Source: Planctomycetota bacterium (GTDB lineage: Bacteria > Planctomycetota > Phycisphaerae > UBA1845). Taken from it: 64,000 nucleotides of DNA. Both the position numbers and the translations under genes were made by a program. Position 1 is the stretch's first letter. Each line of letters begins with the position of its first letter. Below the pieces are notes generated by a model. The model made no database searches. It saw only the letters and a list, made by a program, of their open reading frames with translations, and was not told the DNA's origin. This document shows, piece by piece, positions 36,301-44,201 of the stretch. The stretch covers positions 6,756-70,755 of the forward strand of contig JAJRYY010000009.1 of assembly GCA_024275565.1 (NCBI GenBank), written 5' to 3'.

Positions 36301-37369
36301 AGGAACGCCACCTGTGGTAACGATCACCGCCCCACCGGACGGCGCTCGCTACCCCGTGGGTGCAGGCGTCATCGTACGAGCCAACATCACCGACCCATCT
36401 GGCAGCGCTCCCATTGTGTCTGCCCAGCTCTACCTGAACACCACCCTGATCGGTTCGGACATCGACTCACCCTACCTGTGGCGGCTGCTAAACATCCCGC
36501 AAGGCGACCACGTTCTCAAGGTCGTGGCGATCAATGCAAACGGCGACACATTTACACAGGTCCAGCAGATGTTCGGAGGCGATGTGCATCCACGCATCGA
36601 AATCACGTCCCACACGGACAACATGACCGTCAATGCAGACACGCCCATCACGATCGACTACGACCTCGCCAACTGGGGCGCCGCAGGTGAACATCTGCAC
36701 TGGTACATCAACAATGAATACCAGGGCGACTTCACGCCGGGAACGCAGCTGATGATTCCAGTAAATGGATTGTCGCAAGGCGTCCAGGAACTGAAAATTG
36801 CACTGGCAGCCGCCGACGAAACCGTACTCGCCATCAATGACACTGTTCGGCTTTACGCCATGAAAAACTACCTCATCGCCGACTATGAAACCGGCGTCGA
36901 TACGCGTACTTCTTTCACGGCTGACGATACGAACATAGGTCAGTTGTCAAAGATCAAGTTCGCATGGGGCACGCAGGAACCGGAGGCTAGTTATGCCGAT
37001 GGTCAGGACGACATCAACTACTTCGATGTCTACGACAATCAGGACGGCACGTTCGGGTTCGCAACATACCGACTCAATCTCGACCCGCAGCAGGACTGGT
37101 CGTCATTCATCAGCCTCGAGATAAGATCCAGCAGCAACCTCGATTTCGAGTGCTTCGTCGTGGATGCAACACAGGGTTCGACCAGCCTGGGTTTCCGAAC
37201 CACCGCCGGCTCCATCACAACGCTGGATCTGGAATTGCTTCCATCCACGCTCATCGACGAGGTTATCGCAATAGAGCTTCGTTTCGACGAGTCAACCATC
37301 GCCCCGGATACGTTCCATCGCCTGCATCTGGAGCATATTCGCCTGATAGAAGATCCAACTATCCCATAA
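33392..37369 (+). CDS. giant secreted G8-domain / right-handed beta-helix (PbH1) protein, putative glycan lyase/hydrolase
   Basis: A signal peptide follows a strong SD. A G8-like N-terminal domain is present (NWSDPGTWQNGVVPG...VLLDTDANVKSLTVLGSLYC). Pectate-lyase-like beta-helix repeats follow (NCSIHNSYHRCVTLHGTNNADISDNVCYDILGHAYFIENG). The C-terminal region is Ig-like. Confidence 0.7.
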   Translation: MHRTLCGTVVMLAAILTGDVLLAQFQAGPVLPILGPIRQGGFEWPDQGNDFAYTPGGSFWAFTGGTGLAGNGSGFTRFNPPAPQGDQVCFIQNASNSTVSQKFIYPAGRYRFRVKAAQRLRGNGNLDQQTISLRIDGTEILSITPPDENYTQYITDYILLDSSSHVLTFVGMQNGGNSAFIDQAQVQSLNATADNWSDPGTWQNGVVPGPTVDATIPLGQTVLLDTDANVKSLTVLGSLYCKDDDVSITANFINVSGWFECGSETSPHLQNMTMTLNAPHNHPPCTPPETPNCEQTTCDTRCDGTFEPSTKHLMAIQGGTIELHGEPRLSWTQISATAAVGDTSITVIDPVDWRIGDQIVIAPTSENTNEGEEVTITNVSNNGLTIDFTPGLQFEHYGEQTTYNNGVTSWVLDERAEVGLLTRNIVLKAAEGTTSDGYGAHMMTMNGAFSRVSGVEFYQVGQAGHLARYPFHWHLAGDATGQYIRNCSIHNSYHRCVTLHGTNNADISDNVCYDILGHAYFIENGTEVDNTFDHNLGILTRKVPKVDAVLESDYRNGSASNGPATFWIRHPDNIYTNNAAAGSEGSGYWYGMLQGDDSLFAQFGKFENNRVHSSRQGYTACSNPSGPHGMNPPTPAVLQGLTVSNCKQGVWPCAASQTAEKSIFKNMIVANCENGFQAPNPVALEDSLFVGYSNNAPQAAELGSNSNWRGVQVYDQGFLFTNIHFENYDRPFMTAFFPGGGAHKHANNRAIGLTFNNAPNVFLDPNNFWKIGNVPGWWGDVIHDLDGSLVGDDWAFVAGHPVMFDRTCTQPTNMNTDGYACPYRYAHFRSEHFASIDPITVIRSDGYSNTSGHINARFITEIIMDDSYFYTYRYSTGLKFKKLQVSLRNAFGGDNAVYEFLDVPSTFSIPTSGWQQASSVDDLMTGAGHRYVWRDHSLFLKMQASGDDWHATDIVDICLRDVNCALTHEVGTPPVVTITAPPDGARYPVGAGVIVRANITDPSGSAPIVSAQLYLNTTLIGSDIDSPYLWRLLNIPQGDHVLKVVAINANGDTFTQVQQMFGGDVHPRIEITSHTDNMTVNADTPITIDYDLANWGAAGEHLHWYINNEYQGDFTPGTQLMIPVNGLSQGVQELKIALAAADETVLAINDTVRLYAMKNYLIADYETGVDTRTSFTADDTNIGQLSKIKFAWGTQEPEASYADGQDDINYFDVYDNQDGTFGFATYRLNLDPQQDWSSFISLEIRSSSNLDFECFVVDATQGSTSLGFRTTAGSITTLDLELLPSTLIDEVIAIELRFDESTIAPDTFHRLHLEHIRLIEDPTIP

Positions 37370-37521
37370 GCACCAGGGGCAGTATTTCCAAAAAAAATGA
37401 GAAAGCCGGCTCGCGATCAAACATCGCGAGCCGGCTTCTTCTCTATAAAAAAACGTAACCGGACCCCACATCCCAGCGACAGGACATCCATCCAGATACG
37501 CAACGAGCGCCGAATCGATAA

Positions 37522-38679
37522 TCACGAATCATCGCCGCAGGCGCTACCAACCAGCCCGCGAATCTGCTCAGAAAGATCACCACCTCCAAACACAAACGTC
37601 GAGCGCGTCCCGGAAAGAATCTCACCAAGCTGCTCAAACTCCTTCATCCGCGCAAGCGTAGGATTCTCAGCAAGCAACTTCGCAGTATTCGCCTGACTCC
37701 GTGCAGCAGCCGTCTCCTCACGACGCCGGATAAGGTTCGCCTGAGCAGACTTCTCAGCCTCAATCACCTGGTTCAGAATCGTCTTCATCTCACCAGGCAG
37801 TATGATGTCCTTAAGCCCAACGCTCTTGATGGCAACACCAAATCCCTGAGCGCGAGATGCAAGCGCATTCCGAACCTCACCACTGACCGACTCCTTATCA
37901 GCAAGCAACGTATCCAGCGTCCGCGTACCAACAGCAGCCCGCAAAACAAGCTGTGCTTCACGGTACAACGCCTGACCATGGTCAGTCACAACGGTCACCG
38001 CCTTCACAGAATCAACAACCTGATACGCAACCAGAAGATTCACACGCAACGTAACCTTGTCCTTGGTCATGATCTCTTGGCCCGCAACATCCGCAACCTG
38101 CTCACGGCGATCAACAACGCTCCACCTCACACGTCCAACCGTGTTCCAGAAAACATGCCGGCCCTTACGAAGCGTCTCAACAATCGCACCATCCTTAAAC
38201 AACAACGCATCCTCATAATCGGAAACATCCACACTGATCAACCACTTGGACCCAACATCGAAAGCCATCACAGCATCCAGCTTCGCATGATCAAAACGCG
38301 GAACATCCGTATCGAACACCTCAACCTCAATCTTATAAGGCTCATTCCAGAACGCATGACGACCAGGCCCAACGATGTACGCAAGGCGACCATCCTTCCA
38401 GACCAGAGCACGCTCATGGTCAGCAAGCTCGACAATCTTCAGAGCATCACGCATCGCCGCATCCTGAAGCAACACGTCCAACAGCGGATGCTCGAACCGG
38501 GTCAACAGCGTACTCACAACGCCGATCCGATGACGCGTACGACTCCACAGAGAGCTCCACAGACGGTACTTACCCGGTTCCAGCAGCCGGACGAAATCGC
38601 CATACTCAAACAACAAACCCTTCTCATAAGACTTAATCCGCGTCAATCCAAACATACTCACGACACCTCCTTTCAACAT
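37522..38679 (-). CDS. SPFH/band-7 (stomatin/flotillin-like) domain protein with N-terminal repeated region
   Basis: The C-terminal ~170 aa match the SPFH family (LKDIILPGEMKTILNQVIEAEKSAQANLIRRREETAAARSQ). Confidence 0.8.
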   Translation of the reverse strand: MLKGGVVSMFGLTRIKSYEKGLLFEYGDFVRLLEPGKYRLWSSLWSRTRHRIGVVSTLLTRFEHPLLDVLLQDAAMRDALKIVELADHERALVWKDGRLAYIVGPGRHAFWNEPYKIEVEVFDTDVPRFDHAKLDAVMAFDVGSKWLISVDVSDYEDALLFKDGAIVETLRKGRHVFWNTVGRVRWSVVDRREQVADVAGQEIMTKDKVTLRVNLLVAYQVVDSVKAVTVVTDHGQALYREAQLVLRAAVGTRTLDTLLADKESVSGEVRNALASRAQGFGVAIKSVGLKDIILPGEMKTILNQVIEAEKSAQANLIRRREETAAARSQANTAKLLAENPTLARMKEFEQLGEILSGTRSTFVFGGGDLSEQIRGLVGSACGDDS

Positions 38680-39025
38680 ACATCCCGCACGAACTTCCGA
38701 CCTATATCAACCGTCCAACAATGAACGCAAAATCTAAAATCGCAGGTTGAAGGGTGACCCTCACGATCTGTCCCGAGTTCGCAACGGAGTCGAGTTTAAG
38801 ACGCACCAGCAACCACCTCGACCTTATACTTCCGGAAGGTGTCTCGATACCCGGTTACAGGGCGTCGATGGTGCTGGCACGTCGGTATCCACCCGACTTC
38901 AAAGATACTTACACGGCGCCAACGATGTACCATGCAATCGAAACCGCATGACGCACCACCGATGGCTGACAAAATCGCTAAATCACTCCCAAAACCTGCT
39001 TTTCAAAGCGACTTTTCAGCCGCTC

Positions 39026-39095
39026 AAGAGGGGCGGGATTCGAACCCGCTACCGCACGGTTAAACCGTGTGCTCTTACCAGATGAGCTACCCAGG
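39026..39095 (-). tRNA. tRNA-like gene (possible tRNA pseudogene) with canonical D- and T-arms but non-pairing acceptor stem
   Basis: The reverse complement reads ...TAGCTCATCTGGTAAGAGC-A-CACGGTTTAACCGTGCG-GTA-GCGGGTTCGAATCCCGC-CCCTCTTG. The T-loop is TTCGAAT. The anticodon region contains TTTAA, giving either a UUA or UAA anticodon depending on how the loop is drawn. Confidence 0.45.
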
Positions 39096-39178
39096 TGGTC
39101 TGGACAGGAATCGAACCTGCTTCACTGTAAGGTGACAGCCCTTAACAGGCTGCGCTCGACCATCGAGCATCCAGAACC
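39096..39178 (-). tRNA. class-II-like tRNA (15-nt variable arm), anticodon loop TGTTAAG, isotype unresolved
   Basis: The reverse complement reads GGTTCTGG-AT-GCTCGATGGTCGAGC-G-CAGCC-TGTTAAG-GGCTG-TCACCTTACAGTGAA-GCAGGTTCGATTCCTGT-CCAGACC-A. The acceptor stem pairs only with one bulge or mismatch. Confidence 0.55.
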
Positions 39179-39383
39179 GATATTGTTTCCGATGCCGTTC
39201 ACGGTACACGCCACAGATAAATCCAGCACACAAATCCACCGGACCCAAAACGCGCCGCCGGCACAACATCGGTTTGACCCAATCTATACACCTTCCACAT
39301 CTATACATCTTCCACGCAACCCGCACATCGCGGATGTCAATGGACCTGTAACCCGTCAGAGTCACACGATAGTCACACGATAA

Positions 39384-40400
39384 TTACGCGATAGATATAA
39401 CGATGGCGCGACTGTCCTCACGTTCCGTTTCGATCTCAACGTCAAGAAACTTACCAATCAGATCAACATGCGTTTCAGAATGACGAGACAATCCCGTAGA
39501 CCGAAACGTTCCAGACCCCGCGATCGCCATCGGCAGCAACAACTGATCCGTCAGATACTCTCCAACCGGAGCAGATGACCGAAGATAACGCTGACACTGC
39601 TGAACCGCATGGGAAGCGACAGCCTCAGCAGCTCGACCAACCTCACCGAAACCCGTAAAAACTTCCGTCACGTTCTCATACCCAAGCTCGATCGTCACAA
39701 TATTTCCAGGACCCACAGGGCGATCGATCTCAACAACTTCCGCTTCACCCTCATCCCAACCGAGACGCTTCCGCATGACGCGAACTTCCCGATCAGCGAT
39801 CTTCCGATCAAGACTCGATACAACCGCCCGCCCACATCGCCGCACCAGATCGCCACGCTCCACAATGCTGATCCCACCGAAAGATTCAGCAGGTGTCACA
39901 TCCACAACCATACGTCCCCCACCCGCCGGATAGAACCCATACCTCTCAAGGGTCACCGATACCTTCGGACCCATCCGATTCACAAGCGGAAGGTACGACC
40001 GCTCAAGAAAGTCAAACGGAGGTGCATACGGATTATGCGTCCCGCCCTCAAGCACGATCCGACTCGGCGCTTTCGCAAGTGCAAGCGGAAGCAAAATCGT
40101 CTGCAGCACAAGCGTCGTACTACCCGCCGTCCCAATACTGAACGTATAATCACCACCCACAGCCACACCCGGAACAAACACCAGCTCGGTCGAACCCATC
40201 TCATCGCCCTCGACCTTACACCGCCCAATCTCAGCAGCAGCACGGACAGCCGTAAGGTGTTGTCGCAGCAGTCCGGGCTTCCTCCGCTTCGCACGAATAT
40301 TCTCAATTCGAAACGCCCTACCCGTAACGATCGACAGCGCAAGGGACGATCGCAATATCTGCCCCCCGCCTTCACAAAATGAACCATCAACCGTCAACAT
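39384..40400 (-). CDS. rtcA: RNA 3'-terminal phosphate cyclase
   Basis: MLTVDGSFCEGGGQILRSSLALSIVTGRAFRIENIRAKRRKPGL is the RtcA N-terminal signature. Confidence 0.85.
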   Translation of the reverse strand: MLTVDGSFCEGGGQILRSSLALSIVTGRAFRIENIRAKRRKPGLLRQHLTAVRAAAEIGRCKVEGDEMGSTELVFVPGVAVGGDYTFSIGTAGSTTLVLQTILLPLALAKAPSRIVLEGGTHNPYAPPFDFLERSYLPLVNRMGPKVSVTLERYGFYPAGGGRMVVDVTPAESFGGISIVERGDLVRRCGRAVVSSLDRKIADREVRVMRKRLGWDEGEAEVVEIDRPVGPGNIVTIELGYENVTEVFTGFGEVGRAAEAVASHAVQQCQRYLRSSAPVGEYLTDQLLLPMAIAGSGTFRSTGLSRHSETHVDLIGKFLDVEIETEREDSRAIVISIA

Positions 40401-40484
40401 CACAACAACCTCCTGGAAAGAACAATTCATCGACAGGGCGACCATGTCTTCCTAACAACAGGGCGCCCATATCTTCTTCAACAG

Positions 40485-40675
40485 TGTGGCCCATGTCTTC
40501 AGACATGGGGGAGCCGAAGACCACCCGCACAGCAACCCAAACTCTAGCCAAGCCTCAGGGTCCACTGTACGGACCACCATCACAACATAAAACGGGTCCC
40601 ACCGGCGACTCGTCCGCCAGCGTGCTTCATCACAGCATAAAACGGGTGCCACTGGCGGCTTGTCCGCCAGTGTCT
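40485..40675. repeat. REP-like element cluster in the rtcB-rtcA intergenic spacer
   Basis: Contains a CATGTCTTCAGACATG-GGGGAGCCGAAGA hairpin, a GGTCCACTGTACGGACC palindrome, and two copies of GGGT(G/C)CCAC(T/C)GGCG...CCGCCAG(T/C)G. Confidence 0.6.
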
Positions 40676-40730
40676 ATAACAAACACAACCATCGCATCCC
40701 ACACAGCACCCCAGACACACCACAACCACC

Positions 40731-42242
40731 TCAATCATCCGCCGCAGAAGCATCCTTAATCACAAAACGCGCCTTCAACCGTGCAACCTCAGAAGCCAGC
40801 CCGGCAAGCTTCACAGAACGAAGCACCTCATCAAAATCCTTATAGACAGCCGGGGCTTCATCCATCGGATAATTCCGGCAATTCGTCATAATATCGCACG
40901 TCTCGAACGACGCATTGATCGACTTCTGATCCAGCGACCGGATCGCGGCTTTGCGACCCATCACGCGTCCGGCACCATGATTCACACTGTAACAACTAAT
41001 CTCCGCACCCTTATCCGCCACCATGACAGCCGACCCCCGCTGCGGATCACCCGGCAGCAAAATAGGATGCCCGCTCTTGGCAAACGGCGTATCCTTCAAC
41101 GCATAATGACCACCAGGAAACGCCCGGGTCGCACCCTTACGCATCACCCAGGAAGGTCGGTTATTCACAATCTCCTTCCGCGCAATATTATGACTGATGA
41201 GGTAAACCAGCTCACCAGACACACCCGGAATGACCTCCTGAAAAGCCTCCAGCACAAGCGCGTTAATCAGCAGATGATTCACAGTCGCAAAATTCGCTCC
41301 CATGGACATATCATCGATATAAGCATTCGCCTCAGGCGTCCCAAGCGGTGCATAACACAAATGCCTGTCATTCCCAGGATACTCTATACCCCACCGGTCA
41401 AACTTCCGCTGCAACGCCTGAAACTGTCCCATAGCAAGGTTGTGACCAAATCCACGCGATCCACAGTGCGAGAGAAACGCGACATGCTTATCCCGCAGCC
41501 CGAAGGTCTCAGCACAGTGCTTCGCCCGGCTGTCATCACCAACCTCCACCACCTCACACTCGCCAAAATGATTACCGCCACCATACGACCCAAGCTGCGT
41601 AACCTTCTCCCTGAACTTCGGAAACGCCCCGGAGTGCAGTAGCCAGTCGAGTCGAGCACCCAGCGCATCCCGGGTTTCATCGTGTCCCAGGTGGAAAGAG
41701 TCCTCACAACGCGTCGCCCACCGTGCAGGGACACCCATCGCCTCACAAACCCCCTGCGACGCACCTTCGATCGCAACGCGTCTCCCCAGCGGCTCGCCCA
41801 CATGCCTCGATTTTCGGACGCTGCGCTGGCCCCGCCCCGCTCCCGTAGGCGTCCGCTCACAAATCGCCTCAATCACCGCCCGCCGGGTACGACGATCCAG
41901 AACCTCATTTTCAGGCAAATCAAGCTGCAATAAGCTCATGGAACACTTGATATCCACGCCTACGGGACCGGGGTAGATGTGGGAGGCGGAGGCCATCACG
42001 CAGCCAATGGGGGCGCCATACCCGATATGGGCATCGGGGTTCAGTACCACTTCATCCACGCCGGGGGCGAGGCGGGCATTGACCACCTGCTGCAAAGTGG
42101 CGTCATCAAACGTATCAAGGATAGCCTCGGTCCCAATAACCGTTATTGGCTTCACCTTACCGTCAGCCACCGGCAAAATAGACGTTGCCGCACCCGTACT
42201 CACCAGTCTGTTCGTATGCTTCGCCATCAGAATACTCCTCAC
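40731..42242 (-). CDS. rtcB: RNA-splicing ligase RtcB
   Basis: 503 aa with the RtcB His/Cys metal-site motifs and the VNHGAGR block. Confidence 0.9.
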   Translation of the reverse strand: MRSILMAKHTNRLVSTGAATSILPVADGKVKPITVIGTEAILDTFDDATLQQVVNARLAPGVDEVVLNPDAHIGYGAPIGCVMASASHIYPGPVGVDIKCSMSLLQLDLPENEVLDRRTRRAVIEAICERTPTGAGRGQRSVRKSRHVGEPLGRRVAIEGASQGVCEAMGVPARWATRCEDSFHLGHDETRDALGARLDWLLHSGAFPKFREKVTQLGSYGGGNHFGECEVVEVGDDSRAKHCAETFGLRDKHVAFLSHCGSRGFGHNLAMGQFQALQRKFDRWGIEYPGNDRHLCYAPLGTPEANAYIDDMSMGANFATVNHLLINALVLEAFQEVIPGVSGELVYLISHNIARKEIVNNRPSWVMRKGATRAFPGGHYALKDTPFAKSGHPILLPGDPQRGSAVMVADKGAEISCYSVNHGAGRVMGRKAAIRSLDQKSINASFETCDIMTNCRNYPMDEAPAVYKDFDEVLRSVKLAGLASEVARLKARFVIKDASAADD

Positions 42243-42265
42243 GTTCCATGTGTACTGATAACCAT

Positions 42266-42282
42266 AAGCACCCTGCGTGCCA
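42266..42282 (-). promoter_or_regulatory. sigma-54 (-24/-12) promoter for rtcBA
   Basis: The minus strand reads TGGCACGcaggGTGCT, with a perfect -24 TGGCACG and correct spacing to a GC at -12. It lies 25-40 bp upstream of the rtcB start and next to the divergent rtcR. Confidence 0.5.
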
Positions 42283-42378
42283 GTTAGTCAAGTGTTGATT
42301 TATGGTGAAAAACGCCTGTGTGGTGCTGCGGATTTCCGAAAAGTTGATAAATCTGGATAGTTTTTTATAATCCTCGCT

Positions 42379-43986
42379 ATGTTGAACGTCGCAATCGGAA
42401 TGCTGGGCATGATGCGGGATCGCGGGGATGGACCGGATCGGTGGTCGCAATGGCGCCCTACTGTGTCTTTGTGTCAGCACGAGGATCTGTTGATCAGCCG
42501 TCTCGAACTGCTCGTCGAGACAGGATCGATGGATCTGGCGAATCGGGTGGCAGCCGACGTTCGCTCGGTATCCCCCGAGACCGAAGTTCGCCTCCATATG
42601 ATCGAATTTGGCGATCCATGGGACTTCGAGAATGTCTACAGCGTCCTGCACGGGTTTGCCCTGGATTACCAGTTTGACACCGATCAGGAGCGGTATCTGA
42701 TTCATGTGACCACGGGTACCCATGTCGCTCAAATCTGCACCTACCTGCTGACGGAATCCCGGCATCTTCCCGGGCGGTTGATTCAGACGGCGCCTCCGAA
42801 GCGGCGTAGTTCTGGGCAGGCTGGCCGGTATACGATTATTGATCTGGATTTGTCGAAATACGATCGAATCGCGCAGCGTTTTGAAAGCGAGCAGCGCGAA
42901 GGATCTGAATTCCTGAAGGCTGGGATTCAGACGCGTAATGTTGCTTTTAATCGCATGATTGACGAGATCGAATATGTGGCGATCCACTCGCGGGCGCCGA
43001 TCCTGCTGACGGGTCCGACGGGGGCGGGGAAGTCGAGTCTCGCCCGTCGTATCTTTGATCTGCGGAAGTTGCGGAACAACGTTGCGGGTCGTTTTGTGGA
43101 GGTCAACTGTGCGACCTTGCGTGGTGACGGAGCGATGTCTGCTCTTTTTGGTCATACGCGTGGATCGTTCACGGGGGCTGCTCAGGATCGGGCTGGATTG
43201 CTGAAGGAAGCCCACCTTGGGATTCTGTTTCTTGATGAGGTTGGCGAGCTGGGTCTGGATGAACAGGCGATGCTCTTGCGGGCTGTCGAAGAGCATCGTT
43301 TTCTTCCGCTTGGATCGGACAAGGAGGTCAGCAGTGATTTTCAGCTGATCTGCGGTACGAATCGCGACCTCGGGGCTGATGTCCGGTCGGGTCGATTTCG
43401 CAACGATCTGTTGTCCCGGATCAACCTCTGGGCATTTGAACTGCCGGGGTTGGCGCAGCGGCGTGAGGATATTGAACCGAACGTTCATTTTTCTCTTGAG
43501 CAGGTCACGGTTGCGACGGGCCATCGTTTTCGGTTCAACAAGGAGGCATTGGATATGTTTCTGCGGTTTGCGGAATGTCCGGATACCCCCTGGACCGGGA
43601 ATTTTCGAGACCTCGACGCTGCCATAGCCCGGATGGCGACCTTGGCGCCGTCCGGGAGGATTACGGAGGAGGCGGTGGATCGTGAGATTGATCGCCTCAA
43701 GCGGTCGTGGCGTGATTCTGGAACGTCTGCTTCGGTCGATGGTACGCATGTTCTGGAAGCCCTGCTGGGAGACAGGCTGGACGACCTTGACGAATTCGAC
43801 AGGGTTCAACTCGAGCGTGTGGTGCTGGTCTGTATGGAGTCGCGGTCCTTGTCGGTGGCTGGCCGTCGTTTGTTCGCTGCCTCAAGGCGTAAGCGGAAGG
43901 CGCCGAACGATGCGGATCGCCTTCGGAAGTATTTGTCGCGGTATCGACTGGACTGGTCCATGGTGAAAGACGCTCTTCCCGGGTGA
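42379..43986 (+). CDS. rtcR: sigma-54-dependent transcriptional activator RtcR (CARF-AAA+-HTH)
   Basis: Walker A LLTGPTGAGKSSLARRIF and the GAFTGA-like region are present. There is an N-terminal CARF-like domain and a C-terminal HTH. Confidence 0.85.
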   Translation: MLNVAIGMLGMMRDRGDGPDRWSQWRPTVSLCQHEDLLISRLELLVETGSMDLANRVAADVRSVSPETEVRLHMIEFGDPWDFENVYSVLHGFALDYQFDTDQERYLIHVTTGTHVAQICTYLLTESRHLPGRLIQTAPPKRRSSGQAGRYTIIDLDLSKYDRIAQRFESEQREGSEFLKAGIQTRNVAFNRMIDEIEYVAIHSRAPILLTGPTGAGKSSLARRIFDLRKLRNNVAGRFVEVNCATLRGDGAMSALFGHTRGSFTGAAQDRAGLLKEAHLGILFLDEVGELGLDEQAMLLRAVEEHRFLPLGSDKEVSSDFQLICGTNRDLGADVRSGRFRNDLLSRINLWAFELPGLAQRREDIEPNVHFSLEQVTVATGHRFRFNKEALDMFLRFAECPDTPWTGNFRDLDAAIARMATLAPSGRITEEAVDREIDRLKRSWRDSGTSASVDGTHVLEALLGDRLDDLDEFDRVQLERVVLVCMESRSLSVAGRRLFAASRRKRKAPNDADRLRKYLSRYRLDWSMVKDALPG

Positions 43987-43989
43987 GTT

Positions 43990-44175
43990 GAGAAATGGTC
44001 CGTACAGTGGGCCCTGCGTCGCGGGACAGGAGATGGTCCGCACAGCGGACCCTGCATCACGGTGGTCCATGTGTCGTGGGATTCGTAATGGTCTGTACAG
44101 TGGACCCTGCGTCACGGTGGACCCTGCGTCACTTTGGAACGGCCACAGTCGGGGGCGGCTGTGCTACATATGCCC
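43990..44175. repeat. three tandem ~55-bp repeats each containing the hairpin palindrome GGTCCGTACAGTGGACC
   Basis: atggtccgtacagtgggccctgcgtc..., atggtccgcacagcggaccctgcatc... and atggtctgtacagtggaccctgcgtc... The same palindrome occurs once at 40566-40590. Confidence 0.6.
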
Positions 44176-44201
44176 TCGCATTCACATCTTCGGCAAAGCT
44201 G

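Noticed and set aside
39051-39075. Anticodon arm of the first tRNA-like gene read as stem CACGG/CCGTG
   Set aside because: That pairing leaves a 5-nt loop (TTTAA), which is incompatible with a functional anticodon loop. The alternative 7-nt-loop fold needs an A-C mismatch. The gene is therefore reported only as tRNA-like, with low confidence.
42163-43809. 548-aa minus-strand ORF overlapping rtcR. Similar long antisense ORFs are at 3803-4714, 37978-38724, 39609-40382, 40977-41642, 47397-48218, 49140-49955 and 50640-51776.
   Set aside because: Each lies antisense to a well-supported conserved gene. The translations are Arg/Pro/Ser-rich and low-complexity, as expected for stop-poor antisense frames in high-GC DNA.
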